DNA of 46,374 nucleotides, from positions 68,201 to 114,574 of the forward strand of contig NW_014040495.1 of assembly GCF_001186125.1 (NCBI RefSeq), read 5' to 3'. The notes below the pieces were generated by a model, which ran no database searches, was not told where the DNA came from, and worked only from the letters and a program-made list of their open reading frames with translations. Within the stretch, counting starts at the first letter, position 1; each line of letters begins with the position of its first letter. The position numbers were made by a program, and so were the translations under genes. This DNA comes from Sphaeroforma arctica JP610. Lineage: Eukaryota. Shown here in pieces: positions 14,459 to 24,426 of this stretch.

Positions 14459-16410
14459 CTACAGGTTCTGATATTCGAAAATGGACACGGTGTTCGACTT
14501 TCGAAGCGCTGGTATGGCTCGCCACTTCTGCAGCCCCTGGTATGATGATAACGGCCCAAGGGTCTTATTGAGAAACGAGTGATCGGACAAGTGATCGACA
14601 TCCTTATACCGGGGTTTTATTGGGAAAATTTCTCGGTCGAATATGCTTTCAAATTCTTATAAGCGCACCTGTACATGGCGGGACGAATGCAGAAGGCGTA
14701 CAATAAAGAGACCTGTATTAAGCTTAGAATTGTGTGTCTTCCAGTCTTTCCGCTTCTTTTCAGATAACATCACGCTCGTGTACATACAAGCTTTATGATT
14801 GAAGAGTGTTGTCGGGTTCACACATCCTCGCGCTTACATATCAGATAGATCACACTCGGGTAGGGTCCTAGTGGTCTCAAATAATTGTTGTAGAAAATTA
14901 TAACTGGAAGGCGCCCTGTTGGATGTACATTCATGTGTAAACGATTTTGAGTGCATGCCATGAGACTCCAATTCCATAAGTATGACATCATATTGAAGTA
15001 GTGATATCATACTCTTCACTGGGAGAATCGCCCAGTAGGGAATATTTGAAAACACGTACTCATGTGTATATTTCATTCCTGATTCGTATACTGATACCTT
15101 CATGTATGTTATTCGGATTGAATCGCTCTCATTCAGGTGGTGTATCGACGACGATTTCGGTTTCAAATTGGACAAACAAGTGAACACCCACTTTCACACG
15201 GAGAAATACTCATCTGGTGCTCGATATGCGTTTGGCAGGTATTCTGACGCGTTTGAAGGACAGTCAGAATTCAAATACTGATTCAAATTCTAGATATTTT
15301 AAGCGGCATCTCAATGTTATGCAGCGATATACACTCAAAAGGGTCTATACGAATTTCGAGATTGACCTTTGGTATGGCAATCAACTTATCTTGACTCCAG
15401 TATCGGCAGATGCGGGTATAATCGACGACTATCTGTGTGGCCGTGTATGGGCGATGGGCTAGTAGTCAACATGCACGATAAAGCGCAGCACCACAAGAAA
15501 TGAAAAGTCACCCTTCCAGCGTCGTGCAATTAATCACACGTATACGTCATACGTATGACCTTGATTACTACAACGAATTGTTATTATTCGTGGAGCCGAA
15601 AAGTGACAACGCCAGAATGGTAATGTTTGGGGCTCGATAGCAGCAACAATACAGCTAATGCTATGGAAATTTTATCGTAATAGCAACCAAGACTGGACAT
15701 GCACTTTATTGTGGCTTCAATTTGCCTTCGTGAGTGTTGATGCGAGGAATGTTCGCGTTCGCCACGACTCTTCTTAGACACATTGCTCTAGTTATGCCAA
15801 TAGCTATATGCGCGGATGACTTATCAAGCGGTGGGCATTTAGCATTGGTTGCCGCCACATATGGGCACAATTCGGTAAATTAGGAATTACCGTACTTCGC
15901 GCAGTTCAAATTCGCGTCACGATTCCGACACTGCCAAGATGACCAAAGGCGACTCCTAAGCCCTCGTTGTAGTTGGCACGTTTCGAACTCCCCGTTACTT
16001 TCCCCTTGAATTGCTTTGAATTGTATTGGCCTCCATCACATCATCGACCAACAAGCACCTTGGTGTATGAATACCGCGCACTTCGCCTCACATCACCGAT
16101 GGACAAGCACAAGGTTCATCACAACTCGCCATAATTTTGAGGTGGTTGATGCTGCGTGACCCTCAGTACAAACCCACAAGAAGCCTTTCCACAATGTTAC
16201 CCATAATCCATCTCGGCCATAGCGCCAGTCCGCACCTATTCTTCCCTACTCGCGCTACATACTAGGTAGCAGATTAACTTCGGCGCGAGCATCCTGCGCC
16301 CAAGCGTCAGATTAAGAATGATGCGACAAACGCATGGTTTGGTTTATACTGTGTACTCGGTGACAAACTCCCGAATTGTGCGTGTTAGATTCTGGTCGAC
16401 GACTGGCATA
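14459..16410 (-). pseudogene. Decayed aldonolactone oxidase (ALO/GULO-family, FAD-linked) relic
   Basis: Fragments broken by stops and frameshifts, in the expected order: LVDDVMEANTIQSN; KGKVTGSSKRANYNEGLGVAFGHLGSVGIVTRI (~16010-15906); EFESIFDRE...YQGLQKWRAIPALRKSNTVSIFEYQNL* (14656-14459). These resemble the family's FAD-domain and C-terminal motifs as recalled, not searched. The 5' boundary is approximate. Confidence 0.42.
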
Positions 16411-16495
16411 TCTAAACGCCCATTGGCGCATAGATGACGTTTTACTACAGGCCAGAAAGATAAGAGACTGTTTTGATAGCGCTCATATTAAATAG

Positions 16496-16528
16496 ACTGG
16501 CACTGGCACTGGCACTGGCACTGGCACT
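16496..16528. repeat. (ACTGGC)n hexanucleotide microsatellite
   Basis: About 5.5 perfect copies. Confidence 0.9.
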
Positions 16529-17016
16529 CTTGTAGCATAGGCACAGTACGGGCCAAAAACCTATTTGTCAGTAAACCAAGTTTTCATGGTGGTGGAGTGT
16601 CCGCGTCGCAGCTGGTATCAGGAGTTGGTATGATGTACCTTTCCGTATCATCGCTTGGCCGGAAGGGGAAGTCGCACTTTAGATATACGGATGTAGAAAG
16701 AAAGCAGTGACAAGTTAGTTGATGAATTAAAAAATATATTTAGTGTGAAAGATCGATAATGAAAATAGATCCACTGTTAAAAATACTGTTTCTGAATGTA
16801 CAACTACAGGTAGCTGTCAGCGACTTGACACGGCATAAATATGCACGAAAACATGAACTGGCAGTCTAAAACACTTTGCGAATTCCTACTAAAGACGAAG
16901 ACTTCCCAATTCAAAGCCCCCCACATACGTCAATCGTTCCAAATTTGTACGATCAAGTGCACACGAACACCGGGTGTAGCGCACTAGAAAACAATAGATA
17001 ACTCAGTGTGAACAGT

Positions 17017-18136
17017 TCATCTTAGAATGTGCAAAATATCCTCAGATACATACCCCAATATAACACAGAAACCTACGTGTAAGTGCCAGCACAGAGCATC
17101 CCGGACTCTGGCACTTCGTCGCACACATTTACTCAACCCAGAATAGGCGTTTCCACGTGTGACGACAGAGCCTTTCAGCACGCTTTCTTGAGAGCATTGC
17201 GCCCACTTCTTTCTCAAAAAATTGTAAGTCGGCTTGCTTGACATCCAGAGAAAATCAGGATTGAACAGCGTTGCGTCTGGTCTCGTTATTGGTCTGATAC
17301 GTGCAACAAGCACGATCATCAGATCATTATCATGATTCATTACGCACAGATATACGAGTGGGTGTGATTTTCTCAACGTGTTCGCACGATTCCGGAAGCT
17401 TTCTTGCCATGCGGGTACATATACGGCTTATAACGAAAGTTGGAATCCCGTGATCACAAGGAGAATCGAATGCTTGGAGCGTTAAATTGCCGCAGTGAAA
17501 TCGACACGTGCAATTCTCCTTCATACAAGATGAGCTTACAACCTCACCAACACCTTGAGCAGCTTTACAGAAACAGATCATTAACAACATCGATACAGAA
17601 TACGACACTATTCGGCACTTCACATATAATACAGAGCTCTGGAAATATAAAACACACCACACTGAACGGCAGATGTATATCTGCCAGAGTATCAACTTCT
17701 CCACTACGACCTGGCGCGGAAGTTTATGGGAGGTGTAGTGCTCGAACCAGATAAAAATCAGCTGCTATATATTAACAAAATACAGCCACGTATTTCCACC
17801 TACTACATTTTGTACAAGTCGCACGTGAATCAAACGCATATAAGACGCTCAGTATGCGGAACTAATTCGCAGAGATTTATAGCATACCTGTGTACATAAA
17901 AATATACTTTCACTAAAACTCATGCGCGTGTCGACAAGGAGGACAAGGCAATCCGGACAAGCAGGTTCCGAGGGCTTGATATCAGACATAACAGGAAAGG
18001 TGGCATCATGCAAGCTGAGTTCAAAATTAAAATCTCCGAGGTTAAGTGCTCCTTCTGCGAATAGAGACATGGCAGCACTTTCCAGTTCGGCGTGTGAAGT
18101 GAACCCGTCAGGCAATTGAGACATTGTGTTGGACAT
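17017..18136 (-). pseudogene. Hypothetical or disrupted gene with Cys motif resembling FAR1/WRKY-GCM1 (MULE-type) DNA-binding domains
   Basis: acc-ATG at 18136 preceded by an acceptor at ~18190; donor gtatgc at 17887; downstream segments QIYICRS...SSCMKENCTCRF and, in another frame, VMNHDNDL. I could not build a clean in-phase model. Confidence 0.28.
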
Positions 18137-18289
18137 GGTGATTAACGTGAGGTATCCTTCGTCGTCGCGTAGTCATACTGTCGACAAGCCTGCAATAGTT
18201 AAGTGTATTTACAAAAATTGTGTCCATACGGATTACGGAATCATGTGTGCTCTGAATTAAAAGTATCAACTGTCATATGTACCGAACTG

Positions 18290-19620
18290 CACCAACTCTC
18301 AAGACTCAAGTGACTCATCAGTCAACACTCTTCAAGTCTCAAGAGTGAAAGTCTTGAGCCTCTGGCCTCTGCCAGACTGCTACTTATTTACCGTTGCCAG
18401 TCTGCCTCAGCCTCCCTAAAAATTAAAAAACAGTATTTACATATGTATATTGTATTAACTTCACTGACGTATTTACGATCTCGCCGAGACGCCGACTCAC
18501 TTCTCTCTCTATTAGTACTACATATATGTAGTAGTCGGTTTGGTCGCCCCCGGGCCCCGGCCCGGGGCCTCGGCCTCTCAGAGTCTCAGGAGTCAGGCCT
18601 CAACATTTCAACAGTCAATAGAAGAGAAGATTGAACTTCTGAAGTCTGAAGAGAACAGTCAACAGCTGGGTTGGTATAAAACGACGTCGACATTTGGGCA
18701 AACGACATGTCATACATGTCGCGGCGACATTTTGTAGGATATGTCGGTCGCGACATGGTGTCGGCAGGTCTGCTGGTGGCTGTATCGAAGCCTACATACA
18801 CATATCGAGACGACATGTCATACACGTCGCGACGACATTTTTTCAGGGGTGTATGTCGTTGTCGTATACCAACCCAGGTCAACGGTCAACACTCAACGCT
18901 CTGACTCAACAGTCAGTCAGTCACTCATTTGTTTTTGTTTGTGTGTGTTTCTAGACTCTCTCTCTCTATCTCTCTATCTCTCTCTCCCCAGTCTTTCTCT
19001 GTCTATCTCTCTCTCTCTCCAGTCTCTCTAAAGTATATATGTAGAGAGAGAGAGCTCTCTACTAGTAGTAAATAGAGTAGTATTTAATAGTAGTAGTCTG
19101 TAGAGTGTGTAGACTGAGAATACTAAATAGACAATAGTGTAGTGTAGAACTTTAGAGTGTAGACTGTAGCGTGTGTAGAGTGAGTACATAGACTGTAGTG
19201 TCGACTGTAGACTGTACATAATGTACTCTGTACGTATGTCGAGTTGTGTACATAGAGCCTGAGAGACTCTCATACAGCGAGTAGAGAGTGGCGTGTAGAG
19301 TATTGTAGAATGTAGACTGTAGTCTGTAGCGAGTGTAGACTGTAGAGTGTGGAGTGTAGACACTCTTGACTCTAGAGACACTTTCTCTAGTAGAGTAGAG
19401 AGACACAGGGTCAGGAACAAGACTGAGGAGAGAGTATATGTATAAATTATAAAGAGTAACAGGCGCGGAGTCGAAGAGTCATGAACTCATTTACTCTAGC
19501 AAGTCTCGACTGTCAAACAGTGTCAAACTAAAGTCTAAACAGTCAGTCTAAACTCCACATAAACTCTAAAAGCTAAAAAAGTAGTCAGGAGTCCGTCCGC
19601 CAGTCCGGCTTCGAGTTCTA
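18290..19620. repeat. Low-complexity field of short GACT/AGTC/GTAGAG/TCAACAG-type 7-8-mers
   Basis: Dense imperfect tandem and inverted 7-8-mers (e.g. gtagactgtagagtgtggagtgtagacactc; tcaacagtcagtcagtcactc) plus (CT)n and (AG)n runs. Confidence 0.75.
18666..18877. mobile_element. Non-autonomous hAT-like MITE (212 bp)
   Basis: 13-bp perfect TIRs CTGGGTTGGTATA (18666-18678) and TATACCAACCCAG (18865-18877); 8-bp TSD GTCAACAG (18658-18665) / GTCAACGG (18878-18885), 1 mismatch; about 9 internal CGACAT/ATGTCG subterminal motifs; no transposase ORF. Confidence 0.8.
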
Positions 19621-19890
19621 TTTTTATAATAATTATTCTATTGTACTCTTATTCTAGTTTCTGGTAGATTCTATTTTCCATAGCATACTTTTTCGGGTGC
19701 AAGATTCTCTATTGGACGAGAGCGACGAATCCTTTGTGGACAAGTGCGCATAATTTCGTAAAGGCGGAAACGTAATTTTAATACTATAATATCAAATATG
19801 TTTTAGGGTTTCTTTATTTCATACAACTTTTTTAAAATTTTTAAATACTCGTGTGTGATCTGTACCATAGCTCACAATATCAAGAACACC

Positions 19891-21477
19891 ATGGGTAGGA
19901 TAGTAGTGAATTCACTTCTCGCTATAACAGCGGTTGTAGGCGGTCTGGAAGCCTACAAAATCACACCCAGACAAGCTACGCCACTCGGTGAATGTATCTC
20001 AACCGCGTCACCAAATGTGACCGTTTACGGCGTGGCGGACCCTTTTTTTCTTAATTCATACATAGGAACGAATCTAGGATATCAACAAGAACCAACGCTG
20101 GTCGTGAAGGTTCAAAATGTAGAAGATATCAAGGCAGGAGTTGTCTGTGCCAAGTCGCTTAATGAAGAAATAGTCGTTAGGAACGGAGGTAATTCGTTCG
20201 CCGGTTTCTCGTATTCATCGGGTATAGTTCTCAACCTGGACGACTTCATCGACGTACAAGTGGACACTATTGCCGGAAAGATTAAAGTAGAATCTGGCAA
20301 CAGACTGGGCCGTATTTATGGTTTCTTAGTTGAAGCTTCAGAAGGTGGCAATATGTCGGTTATTGGAGCGGGTACCTGGCCCTATCTCGGAATAGCAGGA
20401 CACTCACTATGTGCGGGATACGGCATGATGGGTAGAAAGACAGGCTATATAACAGATCAGATAGAGCAGTTTGAAGTAGTCAACGCCACTGGTGATCTCA
20501 TCGTGGTTTCGGAGGCTGAAAATAGCGAACTCTTTTATGCCATGCGAGGAGGATGCAGTTCGTCCTTTGGATTTATCACATCAGTTACAATTCATACGAC
20601 AACTATCCCATCCGATAAGATGGTCTATATTGATACGCGTGCACGTGGTCTCGAAGACTCGGTACAGGTTGGTAACTGGTGGCAGCAGTATGCGAGCATA
20701 GACGCACCAGAGGAATTGACAACGACTTTCACTTTTGGTGTAGGTGGTGATGATAATAGCAACCCTTACGTCCGCATTCGTGGCGTCTATCTCGGCTCGA
20801 AAGCAGAAGCAGAGAGTGCGCTACTTGCTGATTTTGAGGTGGGCTTTAGTGGTATTTTCAGTACGACAGAAATTAGGGATATGTTTGTTGAGCACGATTA
20901 CTTGGGAGGTGTAAATGCATTCACCGGAGTGGCAGAATTCAATACAGTGGATGACTTTAAAGCGATGACTACACTCGATAGGGAGTCTGTCTTCTACAAA
21001 ACGAGTTTCCTTATGTTCGATGTTATTACGGAGCCCAGTGCATATGAACAAGTCTTCCAGTATTTCACCGATGGAAAGCTTGACTACTTTGGATGGAAGG
21101 CGATGGGTGGTGCCCAAACCTCTAATTCTACCGTACAGCTGGGTGATGTTGACCATAGCGATCCTAGATCGCCTATTGTCAGGGGACATCTAGTTCAATG
21201 CCATTTGGGTCTGACTGACACATCTAACAGCGGGATTGAGGCGACTAAAGCTACTGTTTTAGAAGCCTCAGCAGTCATTGAGGCTTCCTTCATTTCTGAG
21301 CGCAATGGAATATGGAGATATCCTGGTTATCTAGCGAGATACGACGACTACATGACCACGGGGAATGCTGGCAATATCTACTTCGGCGAAGCCAACACTG
21401 AGAAGCTTGCACGTGCGCGAGAGGACGCTGATGGCGAAGGTGTACTAATTTCGGACTCCTCGAGATACTTATTTTAA
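19891..21477 (+). CDS. Secreted FAD-linked oxidase, berberine-bridge-enzyme-like (VAO/PCMH fold), intronless
   Basis: Single ORF from acc-ATG at 19891 with signal-peptide-like MGRIVVNSLLAITAVVGGLEA. Motifs: PTLVVK, VRNGGNSFAG, GIAGHSLCAGYGMMGRKTG..TDQI, VVNATG, ELFYAMRGG.SSFGFITS, and BBE-like C-terminus YFGEANTEKLARAREDAD. Confidence 0.88.
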   Translation: MGRIVVNSLLAITAVVGGLEAYKITPRQATPLGECISTASPNVTVYGVADPFFLNSYIGTNLGYQQEPTLVVKVQNVEDIKAGVVCAKSLNEEIVVRNGGNSFAGFSYSSGIVLNLDDFIDVQVDTIAGKIKVESGNRLGRIYGFLVEASEGGNMSVIGAGTWPYLGIAGHSLCAGYGMMGRKTGYITDQIEQFEVVNATGDLIVVSEAENSELFYAMRGGCSSSFGFITSVTIHTTTIPSDKMVYIDTRARGLEDSVQVGNWWQQYASIDAPEELTTTFTFGVGGDDNSNPYVRIRGVYLGSKAEAESALLADFEVGFSGIFSTTEIRDMFVEHDYLGGVNAFTGVAEFNTVDDFKAMTTLDRESVFYKTSFLMFDVITEPSAYEQVFQYFTDGKLDYFGWKAMGGAQTSNSTVQLGDVDHSDPRSPIVRGHLVQCHLGLTDTSNSGIEATKATVLEASAVIEASFISERNGIWRYPGYLARYDDYMTTGNAGNIYFGEANTEKLARAREDADGEGVLISDSSRYLF

Positions 21478-21829
21478 TTATCTCACACAGCGATAGAATA
21501 ATACGATAAAGGTTAAGCTTTTTGGTACTTTAATATGCCGGTACGACGATTCATGAGGCATACAATCCATTCGAAAAAACGCATGGAATACGTTGTTCAA
21601 CATCAGCTGCACGACATGAAGTGTAGTGTTTCATGCTTGGCCATGTCCAGCGCACAGATCCCGAGCATACTACAGACGTTTGCTGTAACAGCTTAGCGTT
21701 CAGTTGTCTTCCGACAATTTGTATTATTGATTTGCCCTGCGATAACAATACCACCCTACTTCCATTGTGCGAACGGTTGTCAAAGAACCTTGTGCATTGA
21801 AAGCTATCCAAGACTTATTAATGGGATCT

Positions 21830-22467
21830 TCACATCGCAGGACCACAATTGATACAGAACTGTCGGTAAGACCAATTTATACCCTTGCAAGTTTTGCACG
21901 TCCATGCGCCCTTCGCATCTTTGAACGCAGAACATTGATGGCATCTCGTTGCGTGAGCTGAGTTCGGGTAAGTGCACTTACTGCATTCCCATCGAGATGA
22001 CGCCAGCGTCTCTCCGACCGGTTTGCGGGGTAAAGAACGAAATACGCCGCCCTCCCGCTTCCACATTGATGGGTATCCGCATATATAGCACGTCTTTCGC
22101 TTCGATGGATTGTGGGCATGGCAACTTTGACAATACCACGGTAGCCAGACCTGTAAATAGTGCAAAACCCATTTTTGAGGTTGTCTTGCGGGAGACTCAG
22201 TGAGCAACAAGATATACTTTTCGACTAAAAGTGCACCACCAACTAACGATCAATGTCCTTGTTTGGACGATTTTGCTGTGTAAATCAATCATACTCCCAC
22301 AAATTCAGCAACAGGAAAGTTTTTAAGTATATTTTGCTAAACTCGATTTCAATATTATTTACGTCTTGCTATTTTCAATCTGTAATAAATACACATCCAT
22401 ATATATCAGAAAAATGTATGAAAACGCATCACATTCATGTGTACTTAAGACTACGTGTTCATCTGTA

Positions 22468-22506
<39 letters not shown>

Positions 22507-22507
22507 C

Positions 22508-22540
<33 letters not shown>

Positions 22541-22596
22541 AGTAGTATAGTTAGTANNNNNNNNNNNNNNNNNNNNACTATATTTTCTATATATAC

Positions 22597-22630
<34 letters not shown>

Positions 22631-22965
22631 TATTTATATATATATATATATGCATATATACACACATACATACATACTACACACATCAGTACACCCATAC
22701 ATACTAACATACATACATCCATACATACCTAAGTATATACATACACTTGCATGCATACATACATACATACATACATGAAAATATATATATATATATATAT
22801 ATATATACATGCATACATACATAACAAACATACATACATGCATACATGCATGCTTGCCGACATACATAGGCACGTGGGCACATACATATATACATAATTA
22901 CATACACACATGCATACATACATCTATACGTAATATATATGTATTTATGTATGTATGTATATACG

Positions 22966-23032
<67 letters not shown>

Positions 23033-23837
23033 TATATATATATATATATATATATAGGTGTGTGTGTGTACATGTACACACCCGTATCTATATACATACC
23101 TTGATATTATGCTCAGCTTCGTGGCCACATCGAGTGCACTCTTCTGTCGCGACGCTATTGATCTTGCCACATCCATTGTTTTGCAACAGGCACCTCCATG
23201 TCCCACTGAACAACTTCTCTGTTTTCTCATGAGCGCACGATCGGCACTCGTTGTCCTGGTGGTAATTGGCCGTCTGACAGTGTGGGCACGTCCAATTCCC
23301 CTTTAAATAGTCCCTGTGGTGATTGCATTTACTGCACCGCAACCTGCTTTTATAGTTCACGGTGGTACACTCCGCACACATCCATTGGCCCTCTGTCTTC
23401 CCAACAAACTCGCACACTTCGCTCTTCTGCGCTCGACACTGTCCGCAGCGTTTGTGGAAGCTAGGGTTGTAGCTCTGGCACTCAGCGCAAGACCAGTCAC
23501 CAATACGCATGCGCTTGGTATCACATACGACGCAGGTCCCATCTTGGGGGTAATTGGAGGCTTTGCATACCTCGCATATCCAGGTCGCCTTCTTGTTGTA
23601 TGAGTTTGATGCATATGTGACTCTTTGTTGCTTATTGACGATTAAAGCAGATGTGACTCTCTGTTGTCTATTTGTATTCACTACCTCTCCCCTAAGGACA
23701 AATTCGCAGCTAGTTATAGAGCCTGGAAACGGGGCTGATACCACGTGGAATGCGCGACCAGGCATACTCCGTGTGATCATCGTCGTGGCACATCGTGCCC
23801 ACGCGGTGGTAGACTGCATGCACGGGGCGAACAACAT
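21830..23837 (-). CDS. RanBP2-type zinc-finger protein (8 fingers), 2 exons
   Basis: Exons 23837-23100 (aag|gtatgt) and 22150-21830 (tttacag|gtc), phase 0. Eight W-x-C-x2-C-x3-N-x6-C-x2-C repeats (WICEVC, WSCAEC, WMCAEC, WTCPHC, WRC..C with longer spacer, WYCQSC, WECSKC, WTCKTC). Confidence 0.85.
22464..23080. repeat. Compound (TA)n/(TG)n/(TACA)n microsatellite in the zinc-finger gene intron, with N-gap 22557-22576
   Basis: Visible simple repeats. Confidence 0.92.
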
Positions 23838-24023
23838 GTATTCGTTGCTTTATTTTGAGTTCGTTCCAAAGCAAGCTGCTACCCGGGCTATCGCTCAAAC
23901 CATTGCCACCGTTCACGCACAATAATACTGTATTCAAGCAACTTCGTATGACACTACTTTAGTATACTTATTATAAAGCGAGTGTCTCTGGAGAGGCCGC
24001 TGTTGTTGTATAATTTTGGAAGC

Positions 24024-24135
24024 TTCACTGCACTGTTGCTGCATACGTTCGGGTTTCACTGCACTGTTGCTGCATACGTTCGGGTTTCACTGCACTGTTG
24101 CTGCATACGTTCGGGTTTCACTGCACTGTTGCTGC
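24024..24135. repeat. 31-bp minisatellite (~3.6 copies) in divergent intergenic region
   Basis: ttcactgcactgttgctgcatacgttcgggt at 24024, 24055, 24086, partial at 24117. Confidence 0.92.
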
Positions 24136-24426
24136 GTGCGTTGGAAGATACACTGCCCAGTTATTGGATACGTTTGTTGAAGCTCTGCGCAGTCAGTGCA
24201 ATATATCCCCACAAATCTGTGGCATTTTTGGCTTTTTAAAATGTGACACGCGCATGTCGTTTCGTAGAACAAAATTTACACCCCCAATACGTGCTTCGAG
24301 CCTTCTAGATGTTAATGAAAATATATATTTCATATACACAGTATGCTCTCAGTGCTAGCCACAATACACATACCAATACGTCTGTGAAACCTTATTCGAG
24401 TGCAAGGCAAAGATATCTAGTATAGT

